DNA of 64,000 nucleotides from Thermodesulfobacteriota bacterium (GCA_965216785.1 OZ244197.1:25120-89119), one strand, 5' to 3'. Shown: positions 1 to 11,700, counted from the first letter of the stretch. Notes: generated by a model from the sequence alone, not told the origin. Numbers and translations: made by a program.

Positions 1-1192
1 CAAGGTTGATTGCATCAGGAATAGTCTCCCCAAGCGCCGTAACACCTAGCACCCGTCCGCCGTCTGTGACTATTTTACCATCTTCTTCCGCAGTACCCGC
101 GTGAAACACCACGACATCGCCCAAAGCCTCGGCTTCATCTATACCCTCTATTTGAAGCCCCTTTTTATAGTCCCCCGGGTAACCGCGGGACGACATCACC
201 ACGCACACACTAGCTTCGTCTCTCCACTCTATCTCCTCATCGGAGAGCCCTTTATCCGCAATAGCATACAGAATCGGCACAATATCCGAGCGCATTCTCA
301 TAAGTAACGGCTGAGCCTCAGGGTCCCCGAATCTGCAGTTAAACTCGAGTACCTTAAAATCACTTCCTTCTATCATAAGCCCTGCATACAATATACCTTT
401 GTACGGCCTGCCCTCGCGCGCAAGAGCCCTTACTGTAGGTACCATAACGCGCTCCATTACGATCTTTGAGAGCTCGGGCGTGATCACCGGTGCGGGAGAA
501 TAAGCACCCATCCCCCCTGTATTCGGCCCCTTATCTTCGTCTAATAGCGCTTTATGGTCCTGAGAAGATACGAGCGGAATCACCTTTTCACCATCTGTAA
601 AAGCAAAAAATGAGGCCTCCTCCCCTTGCAGAAACTCTTCAACCACAACGCTGTCTCCTGAGTCCCCGAAAATTTTCCTTTGCATTATATCATCTAGAAC
701 TTCAATTACTTCCTTTTCGCTCTGGCAGATTACCACACCTTTACCTGCGGCAAGACCGTCCGCTTTAACTACTAGAGGCGCTTTTACTTCCTTTACCCAG
801 CTGACAGCGTCTTCATAGTTTGTAAACGTAGAATAAAACGCCGTCGGGATATTGTACTTTTTCATAAGGTTTTTTGAGTAAACTTTACTGCTCTCAAGCT
901 CTGCCGCCGCTTGTGTGGGGCCGAAAATGTTTAGATTCTCTTCGTTAAATCGGTCGACAATTCCAAGCGCCAGCGGCTGCTCGGGTCCAACGACAGTCAG
1001 GTCAATTTCCTCTGCCCTTGCGAACCTTAGCAGTCCCTCAATGTCCGACACCTTAATATCCACACACTTGGCGTACTTTCGTATTCCCGGGTTTCCGGGC
1101 GCGCAGTAAAGTGATGTAACGAGCGGGCTCTTGCTTATCTTCCAGCAAAACGCGTGCTCGCGTCCGCCGCTTCCGACAACCAGTACTTTCAT
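1..1192 (-). CDS. purD: Phosphoribosylamine--glycine ligase (partial; C-terminus runs off the window start)
   Basis: Reverse strand translation from the ATG at 1192-1190 gives MKVLVVGSGGREHAFCWK..., a canonical PurD N-terminus. The frame stays open to position 1 with ATP-grasp-like content. It is absent from the ORF track because it is truncated by the window edge. Confidence 0.85.
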   Translation of the reverse strand, partial: MKVLVVGSGGREHAFCWKISKSPLVTSLYCAPGNPGIRKYAKCVDIKVSDIEGLLRFARAEEIDLTVVGPEQPLALGIVDRFNEENLNIFGPTQAAAELESSKVYSKNLMKKYNIPTAFYSTFTNYEDAVSWVKEVKAPLVVKADGLAAGKGVVICQSEKEVIEVLDDIMQRKIFGDSGDSVVVEEFLQGEEASFFAFTDGEKVIPLVSSQDHKALLDEDKGPNTGGMGAYSPAPVITPELSKIVMERVMVPTVRALAREGRPYKGILYAGLMIEGSDFKVLEFNCRFGDPEAQPLLMRMRSDIVPILYAIADKGLSDEEIEWRDEASVCVVMSSRGYPGDYKKGLQIEGIDEAEALGDVVVFHAGTAEEDGKIVTDGGRVLGVTALGETIPDAINL

Positions 1193-1334
1193 AAAGTCAT
1201 AACCTTCTTCTAATATTGTATGAAAATCTAAAGAGAGCGTTAATGTACCAGATTCTAACTATTTTAAAAGACCACAGAGAAGAGTTCTTGATATAACAAA
1301 AATATCCCGGGTATCGGCAAGCTTTAAGATTTGC

Positions 1335-3167
1335 TTATTCCACAGTAACTACCTTTGCTAGATTACGTGGCTGGTCGACATCCGTACCTTTATACGTGGC
1401 TATATAATAGGCCAGCAACTGGAGAGGCACTACCGATAGAATGGGGCTAAGGAGATAGCCGCACTCGGGAATTTCTATTACGTTATCTACTTTCCCCTGG
1501 AGCTCCTGGGTGAGTATGTCGGAAGTCAAAAATATGACTTTACCCTTACGCGCCCTCACTTCCTGAAGGTTCCCAAGGATCTTCTTATAGGTAATACCGT
1601 CTCTGGGTGCTATAAGAACAACAGGCATTTCCTCATCAATAAGCGCTATCGGACCGTGCTTCATTTCGCCCGCCGCATAACCTTCCGCATGAATGTATGA
1701 GATCTCTTTAAGCTTAAGAGCACCCTCAAAGGCAATGGGGTGATTGATGCCTCTTCCGAGGTAGAGGAAATTTTTGTACTGAAAATACTCCTTGGCAAGC
1801 CCCTCCATATCTTTATCAAGCTTAAGGGTCTGCTGGATCAGGCTCGGTATCTTAACTACGTCCCTTATAAGCTCGACCGCATGTTTTTTATTGAGCTTCT
1901 TTTTGACTCTGCCCAAATATAACGCGAACAGATAAAACACTATTAGCTGCGTGGTAAAAGCCTTTGTGGAGGCAACGCCAATCTCGGGTCCGGCGTGCGT
2001 ATAGATAACAGCGTCTGAGTCCCGTGCGATCTTGCTCATCAGGACATTAGTAACAGCAAGCGTTTTAGCCCCGTTAGTCTTTGCTTCATTCAGGGCTTCC
2101 GAAGTATCGGCTGTTTCGCCCGACTGAGAGACTCCGATGACAAGAGTGTTTTTATCTATAATCGGCTTTCTGTAGCGGTACTCAGAGGCTATATCCACTT
2201 CCACAGGCACCTTAGCGACTTTCTCAATCATATATTTACCGATTAGACACGCGTGGTAAGAGGTACCGCACGCAAGCGCAACTATTCTGTTTATATTTTT
2301 AAAATGTGCTTGGTCGAGCCCCTCAAGATATATATCGCCGGATTCCTCAGAGAACCTCCCTCGAATCGTATCAAGCACTGCATGGGGCTGTTCGTGGATT
2401 TCCTTAATCATAAAATGCCGGTAACCGGCTTTCTCAACGGAAACGGGATCCCAGTCTACTTTTTTTATGCTCCTCTTTACCTTGTTTCCGTTGGAGTCGG
2501 TTATGGAAACACGCTTTCTTTCAAGCACGGCAATATCACCGTCTTCAAGATAAATCACGTTTCTGCAAAACGGCAAAATGGCCGGCACGTCCGAGGCCAG
2601 GTAATTCCCGTCATCTCCGATTGCTACAATAAGAGGTGAGAACTTCCTAGTTGCTATTACTTTCTCCGGGTCTCTGTCGGATATAACCGCAGCCGCGTAA
2701 GAGCCTTCGACTTTATTGAACGCGGCCCTCACAGCATCTTCAAAATCCATACCGCTGTTTGAAAAGTCTTCGATCAGATGGGCAAGTACCTCGGTATCGG
2801 TATCCGAGCTAAATGTAAATCCCTTTTTTTTAAGCTCGTTCTTTAGCTCTGTGTAGTTTTCTATAATTCCGTTATGTACTACGGAAGTTCCGCTGGAAGA
2901 TTGGGGATGGGCGTTTTTTTCTGTCGCCCCACCGTGCGTTGCCCAGCGTGTATGGCCTATACCCAAAGAACCCTTTGGCGAATTTTTATCCACCTTTTTT
3001 TTCAGCTTCGCTAGCTTGCCCGTGCTTTTAATAACGGACGGACGCCCTTTCTGCATCACGGCAATGCCGGAGGAATCATAACCCCTGTATTCAAGACGCT
3101 CGAGACCTTCGAGCAAGACAGAAACGGTTTTTTCACGCTCCCCTACGTAACCCACTATTCCGCACAT
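1335..3167 (-). CDS. glmS: Glutamine--fructose-6-phosphate aminotransferase (isomerising)
   Basis: 610 aa with N-terminal MCGIVGYVG (Ntn amidotransferase catalytic Cys2) and two SIS domains. Length and order match GlmS. Confidence 0.95.
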   Translation of the reverse strand: MCGIVGYVGEREKTVSVLLEGLERLEYRGYDSSGIAVMQKGRPSVIKSTGKLAKLKKKVDKNSPKGSLGIGHTRWATHGGATEKNAHPQSSSGTSVVHNGIIENYTELKNELKKKGFTFSSDTDTEVLAHLIEDFSNSGMDFEDAVRAAFNKVEGSYAAAVISDRDPEKVIATRKFSPLIVAIGDDGNYLASDVPAILPFCRNVIYLEDGDIAVLERKRVSITDSNGNKVKRSIKKVDWDPVSVEKAGYRHFMIKEIHEQPHAVLDTIRGRFSEESGDIYLEGLDQAHFKNINRIVALACGTSYHACLIGKYMIEKVAKVPVEVDIASEYRYRKPIIDKNTLVIGVSQSGETADTSEALNEAKTNGAKTLAVTNVLMSKIARDSDAVIYTHAGPEIGVASTKAFTTQLIVFYLFALYLGRVKKKLNKKHAVELIRDVVKIPSLIQQTLKLDKDMEGLAKEYFQYKNFLYLGRGINHPIAFEGALKLKEISYIHAEGYAAGEMKHGPIALIDEEMPVVLIAPRDGITYKKILGNLQEVRARKGKVIFLTSDILTQELQGKVDNVIEIPECGYLLSPILSVVPLQLLAYYIATYKGTDVDQPRNLAKVVTVE

Positions 3168-4631
3168 TTATTTCTTTCCTCTCGCGCTAGTAGCACCGGT
3201 TTTTTTATTTTTGGTAGAAGATTTTTGTTTGCCCCTTACCGTACTCTTCTTTTTAGAGGCCTTCTCTCTTTTCTTTTTTTCCCAGTCTTCAATGACAGTT
3301 TGTCTCGCTCTGCCGATTGCGAGAGCGCCCTCGGGTACGTCCTGGGTAATCGTCGAGCCCGCTCCGGTTACAGCGCCCTTGCCTACTTTAACGGGCGCTA
3401 CAAGCATTGTGTCGCTCCCGATGAAGACACCGTCCGAGATCTCGGTTTTATGCTTATTAATCCCGTCGTAGTTGCAGGTAATAGTGCCAGCTCCAATATT
3501 CACTTCTTTCCCAAGCGTAGCGTCCCCTACGTAGGATAGGTGCGACACTTTTGAGCCCTGACCGACAGTGGACTTTTTAATCTCTACAAAATTCCCTATC
3601 TTGGCGCCTTTCAGGATTCGGGCCTCAGGGCGCAGGTGAGCGAACGGGCCCACACTGACCCCCTCACCTATCGATGCCCCGGTTATGTAGCATGAGGACT
3701 TCACAGTAACACCGTTTCCAATGACTGAATATTCAATCCATACATGGGGACCGATAATAGATTCGCTGCCGATTTTGGTTTTTCCGTAAATATGAGTGCC
3801 GGGATAAATAACGGTATCTCGTCCAATGACCACCTCAGGAGAGATGTAGGTCGAGCCAGGCTCTATTAGCGTTACGCCCGAGTTCATTATCCTTTCGTTA
3901 ACCCTCTCTCTCATTATAGACTCTATTTGAGAGAGCTCTAATCTATCGTTTATTCCCAAGACCTCAGTTGAGTCAGAGACCCTAACCGCCGAGACCCCGA
4001 GATTACGTTTACGAGCGATTTCAATTATGTCCGTAAGATAATATTCCTTCTGTTTGTTCTCAGGTTTAATGCCTCTTAATAGCGGCCATAAAACATCGCT
4101 ACTGACTATATATGTTCCGGAATTGATCTCTTTTATTTTTCTTTGCTCTGCCGTGGCGTCTTTTTCTTCTACAATACGCTCGAGTTCACGGGCCTTGTTT
4201 ATAACTACTCGACCGTATCCCTTCGGGTCGTCCACAGTTGCCGTGAGAACGGAAATTTTAGAGCCGCTTTTTTCATGAGCGCCCAGAAATCTTTTAAGAG
4301 ACTTTGAAGTAATAAGCGGGAAATCGCCGTTTAATATCAGAACATTGCCCCTGAATTTTGAAAGCTCGTTGCGGGCGCAGGCCGCCGCATGGCCAGTGCC
4401 GAGCCGCTGCTTTTGATGGGCGTATTTTATGCCATCCGATCCAAACTCGTCTTTTACTTCCTTAGCCCCGTATCCTACCACCATAACTGTTTGCGCCGGT
4501 GCGAGTGCACTCACGGCATCCAGTACGTATCTCAGAATCGGACGGCCCAGCACGGGGTGGAGCACCTTAGGCTTTGAGGATTTCATCCTCTTTCCAAAAC
4601 CTGCCGCAAGCACTACGACTGCAAGCTTCAT
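3168..4631 (-). CDS. glmU: Bifunctional UDP-GlcNAc pyrophosphorylase / GlcN-1-P N-acetyltransferase, with unusual Lys-rich C-terminal tail
   Basis: N-terminus MKLAVVVLAAGFGKRMKS...KVLH (nucleotidyltransferase G-rich loop). C-terminal left-handed beta-helix hexapeptide repeats. It abuts glmS (stop/start adjacent). The last ~40 aa are KKKREKASKKKSTVRGKQKSSTKNKKTGATSARGKK. Confidence 0.9.
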   Translation of the reverse strand: MKLAVVVLAAGFGKRMKSSKPKVLHPVLGRPILRYVLDAVSALAPAQTVMVVGYGAKEVKDEFGSDGIKYAHQKQRLGTGHAAACARNELSKFRGNVLILNGDFPLITSKSLKRFLGAHEKSGSKISVLTATVDDPKGYGRVVINKARELERIVEEKDATAEQRKIKEINSGTYIVSSDVLWPLLRGIKPENKQKEYYLTDIIEIARKRNLGVSAVRVSDSTEVLGINDRLELSQIESIMRERVNERIMNSGVTLIEPGSTYISPEVVIGRDTVIYPGTHIYGKTKIGSESIIGPHVWIEYSVIGNGVTVKSSCYITGASIGEGVSVGPFAHLRPEARILKGAKIGNFVEIKKSTVGQGSKVSHLSYVGDATLGKEVNIGAGTITCNYDGINKHKTEISDGVFIGSDTMLVAPVKVGKGAVTGAGSTITQDVPEGALAIGRARQTVIEDWEKKKREKASKKKSTVRGKQKSSTKNKKTGATSARGKK

Positions 4632-4636
4632 ATTAT

Positions 4637-4999
4637 TTACTCTACCCTCCCGTATCTGTCCTCAAGCCTTACCACATCGTCAACTTCGGGCGTCGAAGCC
4701 TCTAGCACATCACAATCGGAAATTGCCGTGAAGCGGTGTTTTGTGTAGGGCTTTATTCTAATAGACTCCCCGGGCTCCATATTAAATTCCTTTTTATCCT
4801 CACCTTCTATTTCAATCTCAATGAACATCTTACCACTGAGTAAATATATGGTTTCGTCCTTTTGTACATGATACTGGTAGCTTAGGCACTCTCCCTTGTT
4901 TACGTGCAGTATCTTGCCCACGTATTTATCCGTGTAAGCCCACCAAATCTCATATCCCCAAGGCTTTTCAACTCTTTTTATATTGTCTGTATAAGTCAA
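4637..4999 (-). CDS. Cupin-domain protein (small, mannose-6-phosphate-isomerase-type II-like barrel)
   Basis: 120 aa with EKPWGYE...H..K.E..Y...G cupin motifs. Only 5 nt downstream of glmU. Confidence 0.6.
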   Translation of the reverse strand: MTYTDNIKRVEKPWGYEIWWAYTDKYVGKILHVNKGECLSYQYHVQKDETIYLLSGKMFIEIEIEGEDKKEFNMEPGESIRIKPYTKHRFTAISDCDVLEASTPEVDDVVRLEDRYGRVE

Positions 5000-5076
5000 T
5001 TTTTCTCCAGATAGAATGAATTAAAATGAGTTGACCGTACCGGTGGGTCTATGAATATATTTACTAAAGGATAACA

Positions 5077-5508
5077 CTAAAAAGGTATGTCGTCGTCGGT
5101 TTTAAAAGAATCATCGTCAATTTCAAAGTCGCCTTCGGAGCTCGAGCTGTCTCTGGACGGCGATTCCGATCTGCTTCCCGCAGAGCTCAGCATCTCCATA
5201 CTTCTTGCAACGACTTCGGTAGTCCATCTGGTATTCCCTTCTTTATCTTCCCAGGATCTGGTCCGGAGCTGACCCTCGATATAGACCATCCGCCCCTTAG
5301 TCAGGTACTCACCGCATATCTCGGCCAGCCTGCCCCATGCGACTATTCTATGCCATTCGGTGTTTTCCTGTTTTTCCCCGTCCTTGTTCGTATAGCTGTC
5401 GGAAGTAGCGATCGTAAAGTTCGCAACCGCCTGCCCCCCGGTTGTATATCTGATCTCCGGATCCTTGCCCAGATTACCTATTAAAATTACTTTGTTTACG
5501 CCTCTCAT
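5077..5508 (-). CDS. ssb: Single-stranded DNA-binding protein
   Basis: OB-fold start [22 protein letters not shown], a Ser/Asp-rich linker and the acidic C-terminal tail DDDIPF characteristic of SSB. Confidence 0.9.
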   Translation of the reverse strand: MRGVNKVILIGNLGKDPEIRYTTGGQAVANFTIATSDSYTNKDGEKQENTEWHRIVAWGRLAEICGEYLTKGRMVYIEGQLRTRSWEDKEGNTRWTTEVVARSMEMLSSAGSRSESPSRDSSSSEGDFEIDDDSFKTDDDIPF

Positions 5509-5576
5509 TGATATTCCCCCGGTCTAATTTGGCTACTGCAGAAATTCTATCATCTGAGCACATTAAAATCCAGAAA

Positions 5577-6170
5577 TCAGAAAATATGTCTTGTAAGCGA
5601 AATAAACTGACGTAGGATTCTTCCCGTCATGCCCCAGATAATATATTGTTCATAAACGTATGCATAGTCTTCCCTGGGTATTCCATCCCTTTCTCTTAGC
5701 CTGAGCTTAAAGTTCTTCTCATCCATAAGGTGCGTTACCGGCACCCATAGGACCTGTTCAACCTCTCGCGCGCAGGGAGTGAATGAAACCTCCTCATTAA
5801 GTACGGATAGATAGGGAGTTACAATATAAGTCCTCGCGCGGGGGTTATTGGGATTTACATCATCGAGTTCGCCGAGAACTCGTCCGCTTTGAACAATATC
5901 GACCCCAATCTCCTCACGTGTTTCACGCACAGCGGTCTCGAGCTTGTCCGTATCCTCACCCTTCATCTTGCCGCCCGGAAACGCAACATGTCCCGAGAAC
6001 GGGTCGCTGTCGCTATCGGGTCTCTTTATAAAGAGCATGGAAGTCCCGGCAGGCTCTTCCTGTAATATCATCATCACGGCAGCGTGAACGAAGTCCCCTT
6101 CAATCGTTAGTTTATGGGGATCTCTTGCTGCCAGGAGTTTTTGTAATTTTTCGCTAGTTCCCTGAGACAT
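5577..6170 (-). CDS. NUDIX hydrolase (CoA pyrophosphatase-like)
   Basis: Nudix box GGKMKGEDTDKLETAVRETREEIGV (GX5EX7REUXEEXGU). Size is typical of NudL-type enzymes. Confidence 0.7.
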   Translation of the reverse strand: MSQGTSEKLQKLLAARDPHKLTIEGDFVHAAVMMILQEEPAGTSMLFIKRPDSDSDPFSGHVAFPGGKMKGEDTDKLETAVRETREEIGVDIVQSGRVLGELDDVNPNNPRARTYIVTPYLSVLNEEVSFTPCAREVEQVLWVPVTHLMDEKNFKLRLRERDGIPREDYAYVYEQYIIWGMTGRILRQFISLTRHIF

Positions 6171-6210
6171 TTTATTTCAGCTGCTATAGCTGGTTTTAAG
6201 CAGAGTATTA

Positions 6211-6741
6211 TTATTTGTTTATCAACTTCTTTTCAAAAGCATCTTTGAAAATCCGATAAGCACTGTCGTCAAAAAGTACAAAGTAGATTTTCTCGAGCGA
6301 TACTCCCTCATTATTAATATACCAAGAAGTTATATCTATCATAATCTCCGCACATTGTTCGAGCTGGAATCCCCCGACTCCTGTCCCTATAGCGGGGAAG
6401 GCAATAGTTTTAACATTGTTCTCCAGAGCCCTGAGAAGTGCGTTTCTTGTCGCGCTCTCAAGCGACTCCCTACTGACCAGAGCTCCCGGGTGCATGGCTG
6501 CAGCATGTATAACGTATTTGGCCGCAAGGTTTCCGGCTCCGGTGACAGCCGCCTCTCCGAGCTCAATAGGTCCGATCTCGTCACATTCAGTCTGAATGGA
6601 CGCTCCTCCGTTTTTTCTAATGGCTCCGGCCACGCCGCTTCCTAAGATAAGCTCGGTATTAGCGGCGTTCACTATAGCTTCGGCGGGGCACTTCGTTATG
6701 TCGCCCTTTAAAACTTCGATTTTATCCACTAAACTGATCAT
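6211..6741 (-). CDS. Macro-domain protein (ADP-ribose/O-acetyl-ADP-ribose processing)
   Basis: Macro-domain motifs GDIT...AIVNAAN...GGVAGAI and IAFPAIGTGVGG. The track ORF begins at 6786, but the macro domain starts at MISLVDKIEV (ATG 6741). The start is uncertain. Confidence 0.7.
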   Translation of the reverse strand: MISLVDKIEVLKGDITKCPAEAIVNAANTELILGSGVAGAIRKNGGASIQTECDEIGPIELGEAAVTGAGNLAAKYVIHAAAMHPGALVSRESLESATRNALLRALENNVKTIAFPAIGTGVGGFQLEQCAEIMIDITSWYINNEGVSLEKIYFVLFDDSAYRIFKDAFEKKLINK

Positions 6742-6848
6742 AATTTTACTCACATGATATCGGGCAAAAAGTAGCAAGTTGCGCACTTGACAAACAGCGC
6801 AGTAAAACTACTAATTTAATCTATAACTCCACAATCTACAACGACACT

Positions 6849-7754
6849 ATGGACACTAGATATTACATTTTAGAGGCTCTTTACAAGCTCTTCCCATTTA
6901 AGCTCACAGGCGATGCGGAGCTTGGTCCAGAAGATTGCTCAGTAACAGCTTCGTGCGTAATCAATTTTTACGGCAGGGCCTATTTACTCAGAAATATTCT
7001 TACATGCCTTAGCCAGCAGAGATTTGCAAAAGAGAGCTTCGAGGTGATTTTAGCCGAGGACAGGGGCGGCACAGAAGAAGGGAAACAGATAGTCCGGGAG
7101 TTTGAGAAAGAACTGAATATAAAATACTTTACTCTCAACGAGAATTTCGGCGTAATGGGCTACGCAAGAAACTTTGCCCTTTCAAAAACCACGGGAAATT
7201 ACGTGCTGTTTTTGGACGATGATACCGTGATTTTAGAGCGCGATTTCCTGAAAGTGCTAGTAAGAGAATTTGAGGAAACCGCAGCAGACGCCGTAATGCC
7301 ATACGGCAGCGCGAGCTTTTCAGTAATTAAAGACAAATACGATTACCATGACCCCTACTTTCCGACCAACAGGTGTATGGCATACAGACGTGAAGCGCTC
7401 AAAGAGCTTTCAGGATTCGTATCTGAAATCATTGGTCAGGAAGACGTGGAATTTACCGTTAGACTAATTGCATCTCAGAAAAAGATCTATCGCTCAAATA
7501 TGCTTTCATACATGCACCCGCCTCTTATTTACAAGGATACGAATAAAGCCGCGGCAGTCGGCTACTCGTTTACCAGACTGAGGAGCAGATATCCCCTTAT
7601 TATCTGGCTATTACTTCTGTTAAACGGGCTTAGATACCTTCCGCTTTATCTTCTTCCCTTCAGCACCAAATACAGAATGCAGGCTAAATTCAGCCTCGGC
7701 TTCGCAAAAGGAATCTGGTATTCGATAACAGGCAGAAAAATCGAGTACAGTTAA
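6849..7754 (+). CDS. Glycosyltransferase family 2
   Basis: GT-A fold features: early acidic AED, DDD (LFLDDDTV) and a membrane-associated C-terminus. First gene of the glycan locus. Confidence 0.7.
   Translation: MDTRYYILEALYKLFPFKLTGDAELGPEDCSVTASCVINFYGRAYLLRNILTCLSQQRFAKESFEVILAEDRGGTEEGKQIVREFEKELNIKYFTLNENFGVMGYARNFALSKTTGNYVLFLDDDTVILERDFLKVLVREFEETAADAVMPYGSASFSVIKDKYDYHDPYFPTNRCMAYRREALKELSGFVSEIIGQEDVEFTVRLIASQKKIYRSNMLSYMHPPLIYKDTNKAAAVGYSFTRLRSRYPLIIWLLLLLNGLRYLPLYLLPFSTKYRMQAKFSLGFAKGIWYSITGRKIEYS
7671..7750. repeat. Direct repeat copy 1 (3' end of the GT2 gene), paired with 12986-13065
   Basis: tacagaatgcag..cagcctcgg.....gcagaaaaatc.agta is shared at ~70% identity with 12986-13065. 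There it is a non-coding remnant that translates YRMQFKLSLG...* against the native YRMQAKFSLGFAKG. Confidence 0.6.
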
Positions 7755-7908
7755 GGTTCTAATATATAGCAAGCTCTGTTAATCTATAATTTAATCTATT
7801 ACATGTCTGAACACATACTAGGTGTTAAACTATTTACATTAATTAAATCGAGAACAGCATTGTATCCAAACTTTACATAATTGGCTTAATAGAGTTAGGT
7901 AAGCACAA

Positions 7909-8715
7909 ATGTTTGATTTAGAAAAAGATAGATCACTAAGAGACCTTATCGAAACACAAAACAATAATGTTATAGACAAATGGGAAGGATATTTCAGTGT
8001 TTATGACGATGAAACAGAATACTTAAGAAACAAACCAATAAATCTATTGGAAATTGGTGTTCAAAATGGCGGCTCATTAGAGGTATGGTGTAAATATTTC
8101 AGCAAAGCTAAGAATGTAATTGGAGTTGATATTGATCCCAACTGCAGTGGTATCTCATTTGATGATAAGAGAATAAAGGTAATTATCGGCGACAGCAATT
8201 CCACATCACTAAAAGATGAATTACAAAATGTATGTCCTTATTTCGACGTAATTATAGATGATGGATCTCACAAATCCTACGATATAATTAAGACGTTCAC
8301 AGATCTTATACCGTTATTGAATTCTAATGGGGTATATATAATCGAAGACCTTCATTGTAGTTACTGGCAAAATTTCCAAGGCGGAGTTGAAAGACCGGAC
8401 TCATCATTAAGCTTTTTTAAAAAAATAGTGGACGTAATTAACATTGAACACTGGCGGAATGGAAAAGATCTTAACTGGTTATTTAGAGATGTGGGTCTTG
8501 TAAATATCAACAGTGAATCCATCGAAGCGTTAAGCAGAATAAAAAGCATCTCATTCTATAATTCAATGTGCATTGTTAAAATGTCAGACGGTAAATATCA
8601 AACAATCGGTAAGAGATATGTAAGGGGAAGCGTCGGGACAATAGAAAAGAACGAATCTGATGGCACAGATATATCAGACGTAGATGAGCAGCAAGACTTA
8701 AACCCGTATAGTTAA
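7909..8715 (+). CDS. Class I SAM-dependent methyltransferase (CmcI/TylF-like O-methyltransferase family)
   Basis: LLEIGVQNGGSLEVW motif I, VIGVDID, and IIDDGSH acidic post-II. Typical of sugar O-methyltransferases in glycan loci. Confidence 0.6.
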   Translation: MFDLEKDRSLRDLIETQNNNVIDKWEGYFSVYDDETEYLRNKPINLLEIGVQNGGSLEVWCKYFSKAKNVIGVDIDPNCSGISFDDKRIKVIIGDSNSTSLKDELQNVCPYFDVIIDDGSHKSYDIIKTFTDLIPLLNSNGVYIIEDLHCSYWQNFQGGVERPDSSLSFFKKIVDVINIEHWRNGKDLNWLFRDVGLVNINSESIEALSRIKSISFYNSMCIVKMSDGKYQTIGKRYVRGSVGTIEKNESDGTDISDVDEQQDLNPYS

Positions 8716-8730
8716 TGTAAAAGCATTATA

Positions 8731-11700
8731 TCACTTTCTGTGATTTATTAAATCTGCATACCTGGAATTAAACAGTCTTAATGCTTTTTGATATAACTCA
8801 AAATCTAAAGAATTCAACTCTGTAATCAAATTCATTAAATTAAGATCCAGATTTTGTACTTTCTCTATGTAGTTCTTCCCTACATTCCGGACTAGGTATG
8901 GAATATCGAGCCCGAAATTAGCATTGAGTAAATGTAGCGATTTCTTATACTGCTCTGTTATACCGATAAAACCTATGTCTTCAGGTATAAGACCATTAAT
9001 AAATTCAAACTGTCTATTTTGAAATTTTTCCGTATGCACAAACTCCAACAAAGTCCCCTTATATCCGTGATGATTTACAAAATGATTATAGTCAGACAAT
9101 ACTCGTTGGACAGGCTCTCTGAAAAATACGATACAACGTTCTGGATTAACTATGCCCCGGTACCTTATAATCGGATAATGACCTATTATAAAAATTTTGC
9201 CCTCTGAGACAAGCCTATTCCTCAGAGATTTCAGGTCATTGCTTTCGTACACAAATTGTCTTATGCAGGGCGATGTCAGGGATTCATCTATTCCATAGTC
9301 ATACGCTATATATTCCTCACCATAAGTTTCTTCTATGCCATTCCTTAAGCTTGTACCCGCGGTTTTTGGAATATGTACGAAAAAGATTGGATCTTTAAAG
9401 CTAATATCGAAAGTGTCTTCTCTTCTAGCGCCGGGTTGAAATGTTTTTAAAGTATTAACGGACGTTGCAGAATTGTCATTTATATATTCAGAAACTGCAG
9501 ATTCCAGCCATGGTTTATATACTTTTGTAGATTGCGCAATCTCAAACGATGAAGAATATAGAGAAAGATTGGGATTATAAAATGGATCATTATCCAATGT
9601 ATATCCCCATTTTGTTCTCATATAAGATATTTCTTTCTTAAATCTGTTTAGTTTCTCTGGCTCAGAATCATATCCTCGAGACTTGCTTTCTAAATGGTAA
9701 AGCTCTGCATGAGGTGTCCATATAATCTTGTAACCGGCCTGCCGAATACGGATACAGAAATCCACATCATTAAATGCCACTGCCAGGTCTTTTTCATTTA
9801 GCCCTCCGATTTCATCAAACACTTCTCGTCTTACTGCCATACAGGCAGCAGTTACACAAGACAAACTATGAGTTAACATGAGCCTACAGAAATACCCAGG
9901 AAACTCTCGATCAGCATAGCGGTGTACATGGCTAGCAACACCTTCGATACCCAGAATAACTCCACCATGCTGTAGTGTATTATCGGAATAGTAGAGTTTG
10001 GCACCGACAGCGCCGACCTCGGCCCGAATTACATGGCTTACCATTTCGTCAAGCCAGCCTGGATTTATGATCTTGGTATCATTATTCAACAAAACACATA
10101 CTTCTCCAGACGAACCGGCAATTCCATTGTTGACAAGTCGTGAAAAATTAAATGGACCTGGATCTTTTACTACCCTAACATTATTGTTTGATTGGACATT
10201 CTCAAGAAACTCGAGAGCATCCTGCTCACTACTCCCGTTATCAACAATAATTATTTCAATTGGCTCATAATCAGTGCGGTTAAAAAGCCCGTCAATACAG
10301 GTCATGAGAAGCCCACTCTGATCTTTTGTAGGAATAATTACTGAAACGTGAGGACACTTTAAAGGTAATTCACGTTTTATGGATTGAAAACTTGAGTGGC
10401 CTTCGGAATTGGCTCTAGCACTCTGATTTGTCCGTTCGAAGTGTTCGTTTACTAACCTCTGTGCGGCATCGCGCGCTAGTTCTGATGAGCTGTTTGAAAA
10501 AGACGCATCAATTTCTCTCCAGTGATAAAGAATAAAAGGAATATGATATATCTCTGATTCCCTTATTATTTCCACTACCCTGAGAGCAAAATCCCAGTCC
10601 TGAGACCCCTCGAATCCTTCGCGGAATCCTCTCACTTTTTGGGCTAGGTCAGCTCTGTAAGCACCGAGATGACTGATCAAATTCTGACCCAGGAAAAGAT
10701 CATAGTCCCAGTCGGGTTTAAAATAAGGGGCAGAGCGCCTCCCTTCTGAATCTATCCGGTCTTCATCAGAATAAATTATTGCCGCATTAGGATTTTCATT
10801 TATTACATCTGTGACCAGATATAGTGCGTGCTCGGATAGTAAATCATCATGATCCAGAAGAACAATCCAGTCTCCGCTTGCCATTTCAAGAGCTGTGTTT
10901 GTACAGGCTGAAATGCCCCCGTTTTCCTGACGAAATGAGGGTCTTATTCGGGAGTCTTTCTCCTCATATTCCCTTAGAATATTGTGTACTTCCATCGAGG
11001 TCGAGGAATCATCAACTATGCAAAGCTCCCAGTTTTCATATAGTTGTCCTAAAACAGAATCGATGGCTTGTCTTAGATACTCGCCTTTCGTATTATATAC
11101 AGGCATAAGTACCGAGAACTTTGGATTGCTATCAAAAGACTTGATATGATTCCGTATCAGAGAGCGGTCTTTATCACTTAAGGTGTCATTTCCCTGTATC
11201 CATTTATAGTAATCGATATTATTTGAAGCATTCTTTTTGTTGAAGTATCTGGAGGTTCGTGGAATCTCATGCGGGAGCCGCTTTCCCCTCAGGTACCAGT
11301 ATAACCTACCGGAGAATGTCTCTATTCCTTCATTTTTAAGCAGCTCTATCCCCAGCCCGGCATCTTCATACAAAAACGCTACCTTGTTTTTGAGTAAAAC
11401 GAACAGGTCAGCAATGCCCCTTAAAGGATGTGTAATCCGCCATGACCAAGTTACAAGTATGTTGGCTATTGTTTCCTGCTGTTCTCGAACCTGTTTTGAT
11501 AATTCTAGATTCTTCCTATCTGATTCACTCAGCTTTGACTTTAGGCTATAAATTTTACTCTTATAGATTTCTTTTTCTTGTTGCAATATCTTGAAGCGTT
11601 CATCTGAGGACAAAAGCACCTCTTGCTCACCACTTAGTTCTTCAAGACGCTTTAGCAAGAGGTTTGTCTTTGCGAATGGATTCGATGTCGAAGAAGAACA

